64,000 bases of DNA from Chloroflexota bacterium. Lineage in GTDB: Bacteria; Chloroflexota; UBA5177. This document shows, piece by piece, positions 1 through 8,701 of this stretch (its first letter is position 1; every line of letters starts with the position of its first letter). The notes beneath the pieces were generated by a model. It saw only the letters and a program-made list of their open reading frames with translations. It was not told where the DNA came from and did no database searches. The position numbers and the translations under genes are program-made. Location of the stretch: assembly GCA_035295425.1 (NCBI GenBank), contig DATGJB010000149.1:8509-72508 (forward strand). The letters run 5' to 3'.

Positions 1-126
1 AGCCTCCGGCCTGCTGCCCTGCGGCAGTGCCGTGGGGCAATCGAGCTGAGAGGCAGGGTGTGGATTGGCACCATTCCCGGGGCTGTGATACCGTTTAGAA
101 GAGCACATCGAAAAGGAGGCGCACCC

Positions 127-204
127 ATGGGAGTCAGCTTCACCACGTTTGCATCGGGCATCGATGCATTGAGTGATTCCATGACTTATGGGTGCGCCGG
201 CTAA
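127..204 (+). CDS. Candidate 25-aa small ORF (MGVSFTTFASGIDALSDSMTYGCAG), either a leader peptide or a small-peptide precursor
   Basis: ATG at 127 follows AAAAGGAGG (111-119) with a 7-nt spacer, and TAA lies at 202-204. The frame is also open back to nt 1, so this could be the 3' end of a longer gene. Hand count of G/C at codon position 3 is 16/25, lower than in neighbouring genes. Confidence 0.3.
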   Translation: MGVSFTTFASGIDALSDSMTYGCAG

Positions 205-436
205 CAGCAGCTCTCAGTCCTGACGGACGACTCCCAGCGGACCATTCGGGTTTCCGGATGATCCGACGGCCGAGATGACGCGCTAGGGCGCGAAACGTTC
301 TCCTCCACTGCGGTGGTGGCGCACCCGTCACCAACCATTCACGCAGTCGAAGGAGCCATTTCATGACACGTTTCACGCGCGCCGCCCTTGCACCAAAGTT
401 CCATCTCTCGACCGATTCGTCCGAAAGGATCCACGC

Positions 437-2305
437 ATGCTTCCGTTTCCGGGCCGGCGCGGCCGGAGCGTCCTGACCAACCGGACACTCCGCCTGCTGG
501 TCACTTATCTCGCGCCGCAGCGACGGCGCGTCCTCCTGCTCGGCATCCTGCTGCTGGGCGGCATCGGCCTCCAGCTGGCCAATCCCCAGGTCGTCAGCAT
601 CTTCATCGACACTGCTCAGAAGGGAGGGCCGGACACGACCCTCACCCGGGCAGCGGTGGCGTTCCTGGTCATTGCGCTCGCGCAACAGCTCGTGGCGCTC
701 GGCAGCACCTACGTCGGCGCGATCGTGGGCTGGGAGGCAACCAACCGCCTGCGGGCCGACCTGATGCGTCACTGTCTGGGGCTCGATCTCCCGTTCCACA
801 AGGGCCACACGCCCGGCGAGCTGATCGAGCGCATTGACGGCGATGTCACGCTGCTCGCCAACTTCTTCTCCCAGTTCACCATCAACATCCTCGGCAACGC
901 GCTGCTGGTGGCCGGCATCCTGGCCATCCTGGGGCGCGACAGCATCTGGCTGGGGCTCGGGCTGACCGCCTACTGCGCCGCCACCGTCATCGCGCTGCGC
1001 GCGGTGCAGCACCGGGCCGTGGTGCGCAACGCCACCGACCGCCAGGCCAGCGCCGAGCAGTACGGCGCCATCGAGGAGCGGCTGGTCGGCACCGAAGACA
1101 TTCGCGGCGTGGGAGCGGAGTCCTGGGTGCTGTGGCGCCTGCTCGGAGTGATGCAGCGGCGGCTGCGCACCAGGCGGAGCGCCGCCCTGGCTGGAACGCT
1201 CTCCTTCTTCGCCACCAAGTTTCTCTACGTCATCGCCTACGCCATCGGTCTGGGACTGGGCGCCTTCCTCTTCGAGCGCCATCAGATCACGCTGGGCACC
1301 GCCTACCTCATCGTCTTCTACATCGGCATGCTGGCGGCGCCGCTGGACCGGATCCAGCGGCAGGTTCAGGACATGCAGGCAGCCTCCGCCGGCATCGGCC
1401 GGGTCGAAGCTCTGCTGCGTACCTCGTCCGCCCTGCCCGCGACCGGCACGGCGACGCTGCCGGCCGGCCCGCTGGCCGTTCAGGTCGACCGGGTCACGTT
1501 CGGCTACGAGCCTGGTGAGAGCGTCCTGCGCGACATCTCCTTCGCCCTCGCGCCCGGTGAGACGCTGGGCCTGCTGGGTCGAACCGGCAGTGGCAAGACA
1601 ACGCTTGGCCGCCTGATTGCGCGCCTCTACGACCCGGTCGCCGGGAGTATCAGCCTGGGTGACGGCGTGTCCGCAGCCTCCCGGTTGCGCGACCTGCCGG
1701 ACGCCGAGCTGCGCCGCCGCGTCGCGGTAGTCACGCAGGACGTGCAGTTCTTCCGGGCGACGGTTCGCGACAATCTCACGCTGTTCCGGTGCGGTGCGGC
1801 GGATGCCGTCCGCGACGCCGAGATTCTCGCCGTCCTGCATGAGCTCGATCTGGGCGAGTGGTACCGCACGCTCCCCGCCGGGCTCGACACCGTGCTCGGC
1901 CCCGGCGGCGGGCTCTCCGCCGGGCAGGCACAGCTACTGGCATTTGCCCGTATCTTCCTGCGCGATCGGGAGGAGCCGGCCCGCCGGCCGGGACTCGTCA
2001 TCCTCGACGAAGCAACCTCGCGGCTCGATCCCGCCACCGAGCGCGCGGTCGAGCGCGCGGTCGACCGCCTGCTGGCCGGGCGGACCGGCATCGTCATCGC
2101 GCACCGGCTGCGGACGGTGGGGCGCCTCGATCGCATCATGATCCTCGAGAGCGGACGGATCGTCGAACAGGGCCGCCGCCGGGAGCTGGAGCGAAACCCC
2201 GCCTCGCGCTTTAGCGCCCTGCTCCGCGTCGGCCTGGAGAGCGAGGACCGGCTGCCTGCCGGGCGCCTCCACGACGGCGAACGATTGCAGGAGGTGCCGG
2301 CGTGA
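437..2305 (+). CDS. ABC exporter, fused permease and ATPase (half-transporter, subunit 1)
   Basis: N-terminal 6-TM-like region. Walker A is GRTGSGKTT, the signature is non-canonical LSAGQ, Walker B is LVILDEATS with the catalytic Glu, and the H-loop is AHR. GAAAGGA lies 7 nt upstream of the ATG. Confidence 0.9.
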   Translation: MLPFPGRRGRSVLTNRTLRLLVTYLAPQRRRVLLLGILLLGGIGLQLANPQVVSIFIDTAQKGGPDTTLTRAAVAFLVIALAQQLVALGSTYVGAIVGWEATNRLRADLMRHCLGLDLPFHKGHTPGELIERIDGDVTLLANFFSQFTINILGNALLVAGILAILGRDSIWLGLGLTAYCAATVIALRAVQHRAVVRNATDRQASAEQYGAIEERLVGTEDIRGVGAESWVLWRLLGVMQRRLRTRRSAALAGTLSFFATKFLYVIAYAIGLGLGAFLFERHQITLGTAYLIVFYIGMLAAPLDRIQRQVQDMQAASAGIGRVEALLRTSSALPATGTATLPAGPLAVQVDRVTFGYEPGESVLRDISFALAPGETLGLLGRTGSGKTTLGRLIARLYDPVAGSISLGDGVSAASRLRDLPDAELRRRVAVVTQDVQFFRATVRDNLTLFRCGAADAVRDAEILAVLHELDLGEWYRTLPAGLDTVLGPGGGLSAGQAQLLAFARIFLRDREEPARRPGLVILDEATSRLDPATERAVERAVDRLLAGRTGIVIAHRLRTVGRLDRIMILESGRIVEQGRRRELERNPASRFSALLRVGLESEDRLPAGRLHDGERLQEVPA

Positions 2306-4128
2306 ATGCGGCGGAGCACCTGAGAACCTGGCCGTTCAACGTCCGGCTGATGCGCTACGCTCCCCGATCCTTTGGCGTGTGCGGCTTCTTCACCTTCCTG
2401 CTGGTCGGGGGAGAGATCGTTCCCGGTCTCATCGTGCAGGGCGTGTTCGACCGGCTCACCGGCCACCAGACGGCGGGCTTTGGCATCGCCACGCTGGTTG
2501 CGCTCTTCGTGGCGCTCGAGGTGGCACGCTTTGCCACCAGCTTCGGCCACGATTGGGGCTACGTAACGTTTGTCCTCACCGGCGGCGCGCTGTTGCGCCG
2601 CAACATCCTGGCGGCCATCCTCAACCGTCCCGGCGCCGTCCCGCTGCCGGTTTCGCCAGGCGCCGCCGTCAACCGCTTCCGGGACGACGTGGACGAAACC
2701 TCCGATTTCCCCACCTGGTTCCCGCAGGAACTGGGGCTCTGGACAGGGACGGCCGTAGCGATCGTCATCATGGCCCGCATCAACCTCACCATCACGCTGT
2801 TTGTCTTCCTCCCGCTGGCCGCGGCGCTGGCGGCGGGACGGCTGGCCTGGGACCGGCTCCGGGAGTACATCGCCCGGGAAGATCAGGCGACCGACGAGGT
2901 CACCGGGTTTCTGGCCGAGGCATTCGCCGCGGTGCAGACCGTCAAACTGGCCGGCGCCGGCAACGATCTGGTCGATCACTTCGGCGCGCTCAATCACGCG
3001 CGTCAGCGCTGGGCCGTGCGCTGGCACGTTCTCTACCAGGCGGTCGACCTGATGACCGGGGCCGCCGTCGCCTTCGGGATCGGGATCGTGCTGTTGCTGG
3101 CCGGGCACGCCATGGCGCGGCACACCTTCAGCGTCGGCGATTTCGCGTTGTTCGTCTACTTCCTGCAGTTCGCCACGTCGGCTGCCACCGACTTCGGCAA
3201 TTTCCTGGGCGACTACGCGAACCAGAGCGTTTCCATCGTTCGCATGGAGGAGCTGGTGCAGCCCGAGCCACCGCGGGCGCTGCTCGAGTTTCATCCGGTT
3301 CGGCCGGTCGAGGCTGCCCCCGGTGCCTTCGGTGCGGCCGAGGCAGCCGGCCCTCGCCTCGACACACTGGAGGTGCACGACCTCTGCTTCGCTTACGCCG
3401 GCAACGGCAACACGCCCGGGCCGAACCGCGGCATCCAACACGTCGATCTGCGCCTGCGCGCCGGAACGCTCACCATCGTGACCGGCCGGGTGGGATCGGG
3501 CAAGACGACGCTGCTCCGCGCCGTCCTGGGCCTGCTCCCGGCCGAGGGTGGAGAGATCCGCTGGAACGATCATCCGGTCGCCGACCGGGCGGACTTCTTC
3601 CGGCCGCCGCGCGCCGCCTACGTATCCCAGGTACCTCGGTTGTTCAGCGAGACGCTGCGCGACAACATCCTGATGGGCTGGCCGGCGGCGGGGCCCGAGC
3701 TGGACGAGGCGATCCGGCTCTCCGTGCTGGAAGACGACCTGCCGGAGCTGAGCGACGGCCTGGAGACGCTCGTCGGGCCGCGCGGCGTGCGGCTGTCCGG
3801 TGGTCAGATCCAGCGCGCCGCAACCGCCCGCGCCTTCGTGCGCAAGCCGCAGCTGCTGGTGCTGGACGACCTCTCCAGCGCGCTCGACGTCGAGACTGAG
3901 CGGCTGCTGTGGGACCGGCTGCTGGCGCAACCCGACCTCACCATTCTGGCCGTTTCCCACCGCCGCGAGGCGCTGGCCCGTGCCGATCAGATCGTCGTGC
4001 TGCGAGACGGCGCGGTGGCGGCCCGCGGCAGCGTGACCGAGCTGCTGGCCACCTCCGACGAGCTGCGCCGCCTCTGGGCGGCGGAGGCGAGGGCCGGGGA
4101 GGAAGGAGGCGTGGAATGCGCTACCTGA
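2302..4128 (+). CDS. ABC exporter, fused permease and ATPase (half-transporter, subunit 2)
   Basis: GTG start overlaps the upstream TGA (GTGA at 2302-2305), with AGGAGG 7 nt upstream. Walker A is GRVGSGKTT, the signature is canonical LSGGQ, Walker B is LLVLDDLSS (Asp replaces the catalytic Glu), and the H-loop is SHR. Confidence 0.9.
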   Translation: MNAAEHLRTWPFNVRLMRYAPRSFGVCGFFTFLLVGGEIVPGLIVQGVFDRLTGHQTAGFGIATLVALFVALEVARFATSFGHDWGYVTFVLTGGALLRRNILAAILNRPGAVPLPVSPGAAVNRFRDDVDETSDFPTWFPQELGLWTGTAVAIVIMARINLTITLFVFLPLAAALAAGRLAWDRLREYIAREDQATDEVTGFLAEAFAAVQTVKLAGAGNDLVDHFGALNHARQRWAVRWHVLYQAVDLMTGAAVAFGIGIVLLLAGHAMARHTFSVGDFALFVYFLQFATSAATDFGNFLGDYANQSVSIVRMEELVQPEPPRALLEFHPVRPVEAAPGAFGAAEAAGPRLDTLEVHDLCFAYAGNGNTPGPNRGIQHVDLRLRAGTLTIVTGRVGSGKTTLLRAVLGLLPAEGGEIRWNDHPVADRADFFRPPRAAYVSQVPRLFSETLRDNILMGWPAAGPELDEAIRLSVLEDDLPELSDGLETLVGPRGVRLSGGQIQRAATARAFVRKPQLLVLDDLSSALDVETERLLWDRLLAQPDLTILAVSHRREALARADQIVVLRDGAVAARGSVTELLATSDELRRLWAAEARAGEEGGVECAT

Positions 4129-6101
4129 ACCTGGGAATCCTGGCGCACGTCGACGCCGGGAAGACGACCCTCACCGAGCGCCTGCTCTACACCGCCGGCG
4201 TGATCGACCGGCCGGGGAGCGTCGATCGCGGCACGACCCAGACCGATTTCCTGCCGCTGGAGCGGCAGCGCGGCATCACCATCAGGTCCGCGGTGGTATC
4301 GTTCGCCATCGGCGACCTCACCGTCAACCTGATCGACACGCCGGGCCATCCCGACTTCATCGCCGAGGTGGAACGGGTGCTGAGCGTGCTGGACGGCGCC
4401 GTGCTCGTGATCTCGGCGGTGGAGGGCGTGCAGGCGCAGACGCGAGTCCTGCTGCGGACGTTGCGGCGGCTCCGCATTCCTACCTTGATTTTCGTCAACA
4501 AGATCGATCGTTCCGGCGCCGCGCCCGACCGCGTGCTGTGCGATGTCGCGGAACGGCTGACGGCGAATATCGTCGCAATGGGTGAAGCAAGCAATCCGGG
4601 TGACCGCAGCGCCGGGTTCAACGCATTCGGCGGCGCCGACGCCGCATTCTTCACCCGTCTGGTCGACCTCCTGGCCGCCAACGACGATGCGCTGCTGGCC
4701 CACTATCTTGAGGACGAAGGCGGCATCTGCTACCACCGGCTGCGGAAGGAGCTCGCAGTCCAGACGGCGCGGCCGCTGGTGCACCCCGTGTACTTCGGCT
4801 CCGCGGTGACAGGAGCGGGCGTGCCCGAGCTCATGGACGGCATCGCGGAGCTGCTGCCGGCCACTGCCGGCGACTCCAACGGTCCGCTCTCCGGCGCCGT
4901 CTTCAAGATCGAGCGGGGTCCTGCCGGGGAGAAGGTCGCTCTGGTCCGTCTCTTCTCCGGCACGCTCCGAACCCGCGACCGGCTCCGCTTCGGCCGGGAG
5001 CAGGAGGGAAAAGTCACGGCGCTCAGCGTCTTCGAAGGCGGACCCGCCGTCCCGGGCGAGGTGCTCGCCGCCGGCCGGATCGGCAGGTTGTGGGGGCTTC
5101 CCGGGATTCAGATCGGCGACCGGATCGGCGTCGCCACGAACGGCGCGGACACCGTCACCGCCGGCGACCCCTACTTCGCGCCCCCCACTCTGGAGACGGC
5201 GGTCCTTCCCTGCTGTGCCGCCGACAAGGCGGCGCTGCACCTTGCGCTGGCACAGCTGGCCGAGCAGGATCCGCTGATCAACCTGCGGCAGGACGACCGG
5301 CGAGGTGAGATGTACGTCTCGCTCTACGGCGAGGTCCAGAAGGAAGTCATCGAGGCAACGCTGGCGCAGGAGTACGGACTTGCCGTCCACTTCCGCGAGA
5401 CCTCCGTGATCTGCATCGAGCGACCCACTGGCAGCGGCGAGGCGGTCGAGTGGCTTGGCAAGAACGGCAATCCTTTCCTCGCTACCATCGGACTGCGCGT
5501 CGAGCCGGCACCGGAGGGAACCGGTGTGGAGTTTCGACTGGACGTTGAGCTGGTGACGGTCCCGCTTTACATCTTCAAGTCCGTCGAGGAGTTCCAGCGG
5601 GCCATGGAGGACACGGTGCGGATCACGCTCCAGCAGGGGCTCTACGGCTGGCAGGTCGCCGACTGCAGGGTGACCATGACGGCAAGCGGCTACGCCTCAC
5701 CGGCGAGCGGGGCCCGAGACTTCCGGCGGCTGACGCCACTGGTGTTGATGGCCGCGCTGCAGCAGGCGACCACCCGGGTCGCCGAGCCCATCCACCGCTT
5801 CCACCTCGAGATCCCGGCCAGCGCGTACGGCACCACGATGCCGGTGCTGGCCCGGCTGGGCGCCGCCGTGCAGTCATCGACGCTCGCCGGGCCGTCGTGT
5901 CTGCTGGAGGGCGAGATCCCGGCGACGCGGCTGCCGGACCTGCAGCACCAGCTGCCGGCGGCAAGCCGCGGCGAGGGCGTGCTGGAATACAGCTTCGGCC
6001 ACTACCGGCCGGTCGAGGGATCGCCACCGACCCGTCCGCGCTCGGACCTCAACCCGCTCAACCGCAAGGAGTACCTGCTCCACGTCGTGCGCCATGTGTA
6101 G
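4116..6101 (+). CDS. Ribosomal-protection-type translational GTPase (Tet(M)/Tet(O)/OtrA-like, EF-G fold)
   Basis: The N-terminus MRYLNLGILAHVDAGKTTLTERLLY...ERQRGITI...DTPGH...NKID closely matches the Tet(M)/OtrA G-domain as I remember it. Length is 661 aa. GGAAGGAGG precedes the ATG. The first 13 nt overlap the end of the upstream ABC gene. The longer ORF from 3909 is an Arg/Gly-rich artefactual extension. Confidence 0.85.
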   Translation: MRYLNLGILAHVDAGKTTLTERLLYTAGVIDRPGSVDRGTTQTDFLPLERQRGITIRSAVVSFAIGDLTVNLIDTPGHPDFIAEVERVLSVLDGAVLVISAVEGVQAQTRVLLRTLRRLRIPTLIFVNKIDRSGAAPDRVLCDVAERLTANIVAMGEASNPGDRSAGFNAFGGADAAFFTRLVDLLAANDDALLAHYLEDEGGICYHRLRKELAVQTARPLVHPVYFGSAVTGAGVPELMDGIAELLPATAGDSNGPLSGAVFKIERGPAGEKVALVRLFSGTLRTRDRLRFGREQEGKVTALSVFEGGPAVPGEVLAAGRIGRLWGLPGIQIGDRIGVATNGADTVTAGDPYFAPPTLETAVLPCCAADKAALHLALAQLAEQDPLINLRQDDRRGEMYVSLYGEVQKEVIEATLAQEYGLAVHFRETSVICIERPTGSGEAVEWLGKNGNPFLATIGLRVEPAPEGTGVEFRLDVELVTVPLYIFKSVEEFQRAMEDTVRITLQQGLYGWQVADCRVTMTASGYASPASGARDFRRLTPLVLMAALQQATTRVAEPIHRFHLEIPASAYGTTMPVLARLGAAVQSSTLAGPSCLLEGEIPATRLPDLQHQLPAASRGEGVLEYSFGHYRPVEGSPPTRPRSDLNPLNRKEYLLHVVRHV

Positions 6102-6241
6102 TGGTATGCCGTCCAACCGGCCCGGCCACCGCACCCACGCAACCGATCCCATGCCGCCCGGATAGCCCGGTCCTTCCGTGTACAAGTCACAGGACAGGGT
6201 GCGGCATCCGCGCACATCGCTCGCATTGAGTACGTTGTACT

Positions 6242-8701
6242 GTGACCGATATCGCACCGCCCTCGGGGCAGCTCGATCCGATCGCGAGCTGCCCCATCCA
6301 CCTGACCTCCGACGAGATGGCGGGCCGGACGTTCCTCCTCGGCAACGAGGGCGGCTTCGTCCTCTACCTGCCGGTCCGCCAGAACATCCGCGACCGCACG
6401 CTCCAGCCCACCAAGTGGTTCGGCGCATCGGGCTTCGGCCGCGCCTACCTCGAAGACAATCTGGTCTGGCTGGCGCGCGACGGGGATGCGATCAGGCTCG
6501 ATCGCAGCAATCAGACCGGCTTCACGCTCTACATGGACCACGCCGTCCGTGCTTTCTCGATCGACGGGCTCACCGTCACCCAGACGTTCTTCATGCCCAA
6601 CCGGATCGACGCCTTCGCCATGACGATCGAGCTCGAGGGAGATGATCCGGCCGGACTCACCGTCGCCATCGAGCCGGAATACGATATGCGCTACTACCAG
6701 GCGCTGAATGAGACGTTCGACGGCTACGCGGCCGAGGTCGTCAAGCGCCGTGGACGGCCCTGTCTGCGTGTGACCAATCGCGTGAGGGGCCCGACCGCGG
6801 AGGTCGGAGAGCTCCGCTTCTACTCGCTGGTCGGGGCCGACGGCCCCATCTCCGTCACATTGCTCCCCACGGAAGAGCGGCTGCGTCCCAAGACCTACCT
6901 GACCGACGAGAAGCGGCACAAGCTGATCGAGCGCGCCTATGTCGAAACTCACGAGCAGGTGCCGGACGAAGCGCCGATCTGGGACCAGTTCGAAACAACC
7001 GCCTATGCTCCCGCCCGCATCAGCGGGCCCGTGCCGCTGACGCTGGTGTACACGTTCGGCGACCGTCCGCGCGAGGCGACCCAGGCGCTCTACCGCTGTA
7101 TCGGCCGCCTGCCTGAGCTGCGCCGGCGCAAGCACGCCGAGACCGTCAAACGGGTGGCGCAGGGTGACCTGGTGACGGGCGTGCGTGAGGTCGACGTCGC
7201 CTACCGGCACGTGCTGATCGAGTTCAACAACTGCCTGGTGGCACGCAACGTCCGGTTTCACGGAGACAGCGGCGAGCATGACCACTTCAACGCCATCTTC
7301 GCCGGTAACAAGTACTTTCTCGACGCCTGGAAGCGGGACGAGAACATCTCCCTGATCGCCCTGCTGGTCACCGGCGACTACGGGACGGTGCGCGATATTC
7401 TGCGCGATACCTGGTCCTACCAGGACCGGCGCACCGGCCGCCTTCCCCACATCATCCGGCTGGGCGAGCCGCTGGTCTACTACTCCAGCGACGGAACGCT
7501 CTGGGCGCTGGTTCGCCTCGACGACTACACGCGCCGCAGCGGAGATACCGCGCTGCTCGACGAGAAGTACCCGATGGTCGAGCGTTTCTTCACGGCGAGT
7601 CTCGACTTCGTCAAGCGCGGGCTGCTGCCGTCCGGTGGAATCATCGACAAGTCATACCTCTGGGAAACCTGGGAGGACACGCCCTACACGCCGCGCGACG
7701 GCTACCCGGTTGAGATCGAGCTGCTCTGGCTGACCGCGCTGCAGCGGTTCCTGCCCACTATCGCGGACCGCAACCCGGAGCTGGCCAGGTGCCTGGGAGA
7801 CACGCTGGCCGAGGGACTCGAAACGTTCAGATCTTTCGAGCTGGGAGACCACCTCGCCGACAGCCTGAGCTACCACTGGGAGCCGCGCGACCTGCTGACC
7901 CCGAACGGCTACATCGCCTTCGGTCTCGACTTTCCGCTGCCATCCGAGCTGGCGCGCACCATGGTGCTGCTGGCCCGGGAGCAGCTGGCGGGCGAGGTCG
8001 GAGTGCGCAGTCTGGCGCCGCGCGATTGGCCGAAGGTCCTCTCCGCCGCCTTCCTCGACGACCCCCGAAACATCCGCAACCACCACATGGCAAGCGTGGG
8101 CCTCTACAACTACCATCGCGGCATCGAGTGGCTCTGGCTCAACCAGTTCATGGTCGCGGGCGAGCTGGCGCATGGCGACGCAGAGCACGCCTACCGGCTC
8201 TACCTGCGCGGCCAGGTCGACGCCGCGCAGGCCAGGGCAGGCGTGGGTGGCCTGGGGGAGCTCTATGACCTCCACGGCCCTCTCGGCGCCGACTTCCAGG
8301 CCTGGAGCATGGCTTCGCTCATCTCCGGGCTGCACCGCTTCGCCGGCGTTGCAATCGATGCCATACAAAGGAAGGTGACCGTCCGGCCCTCCCCACCCGC
8401 CGACTGGCAGGAGCTGACCACCCGCAACCTCGCCGGCAAGACGCGCTTCGACGTGCGCTGCCGCCGCGACGGTGAGCACCGCCAGGAAGTGATCGTCGAG
8501 CCGGTCGACCGGGTGCCAAGCGGCTATAGCCTGCGCGTCGGCGTGCGGCTACCGAAATCGGGTGCGGTCCACGCCTCGATCAACGGCCAGGAGATACCGG
8601 CCGAGTCCATCCAGGTTTCAGGCGGTGACACCGGCAGTCCACGGGAGGCCTGGATCGAGACGCCGTTCCGCAGCAAAGCCACGTTGCTCTTTGAGATCTA
8701 G
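6242..8701 (+). CDS. Amylo-alpha-1,6-glucosidase / glycogen-debranching-enzyme-like (alpha/alpha)6-barrel protein
   Basis: 819-aa ORF. The C-terminal half resembles a GDE_C-type six-hairpin glycosidase (FAGNKYFLDAWKRDENISL, GVRSLAPRDW, IEWLWLNQF). The start (GTG 6242) is uncertain, and ATG 6317 is an alternative. Confidence 0.75.
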   Translation: MTDIAPPSGQLDPIASCPIHLTSDEMAGRTFLLGNEGGFVLYLPVRQNIRDRTLQPTKWFGASGFGRAYLEDNLVWLARDGDAIRLDRSNQTGFTLYMDHAVRAFSIDGLTVTQTFFMPNRIDAFAMTIELEGDDPAGLTVAIEPEYDMRYYQALNETFDGYAAEVVKRRGRPCLRVTNRVRGPTAEVGELRFYSLVGADGPISVTLLPTEERLRPKTYLTDEKRHKLIERAYVETHEQVPDEAPIWDQFETTAYAPARISGPVPLTLVYTFGDRPREATQALYRCIGRLPELRRRKHAETVKRVAQGDLVTGVREVDVAYRHVLIEFNNCLVARNVRFHGDSGEHDHFNAIFAGNKYFLDAWKRDENISLIALLVTGDYGTVRDILRDTWSYQDRRTGRLPHIIRLGEPLVYYSSDGTLWALVRLDDYTRRSGDTALLDEKYPMVERFFTASLDFVKRGLLPSGGIIDKSYLWETWEDTPYTPRDGYPVEIELLWLTALQRFLPTIADRNPELARCLGDTLAEGLETFRSFELGDHLADSLSYHWEPRDLLTPNGYIAFGLDFPLPSELARTMVLLAREQLAGEVGVRSLAPRDWPKVLSAAFLDDPRNIRNHHMASVGLYNYHRGIEWLWLNQFMVAGELAHGDAEHAYRLYLRGQVDAAQARAGVGGLGELYDLHGPLGADFQAWSMASLISGLHRFAGVAIDAIQRKVTVRPSPPADWQELTTRNLAGKTRFDVRCRRDGEHRQEVIVEPVDRVPSGYSLRVGVRLPKSGAVHASINGQEIPAESIQVSGGDTGSPREAWIETPFRSKATLLFEI

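Noticed and set aside
363-476. 37-codon ORF with GAAGGAG SD overlapping the ABC start
   Set aside because: It runs across the better-supported ATG 437, which gives a typical ABC N-terminus and has its own SD. It could still be a regulatory uORF, but I have no further evidence.
140-1840. 566-aa minus-strand ORF
   Set aside because: It is antisense to the well-supported ABC exporter. The translation is Arg/Gly/Ala-rich with no motifs, typical of a high-GC shadow ORF.
1627-3960. 777-aa minus-strand ORF
   Set aside because: It is antisense to both ABC genes, has low-complexity Arg/Pro/Ser-rich composition, and shows no recognisable domain.
3909-4115. N-terminal 69-codon extension of the Tet(M)-like ORF
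   Set aside because: The extension is Arg/Gly-rich junk overlapping the ABC gene. The canonical MRYLNLGILAHVDAGKT N-terminus with GGAAGGAGG SD begins at 4116.
6170-6250. GTCACAG ... CTGTGAC inverted repeat and TGTACA motifs upstream of the GDE-like gene
   Set aside because: The arms are only 7 bp, about 48 nt apart, and cannot be extended. This is within chance expectation.
6002-7450. 482-aa minus-strand ORF
   Set aside because: It is antisense to the GDE-like gene and to the end of the GTPase gene, and shows no motifs.
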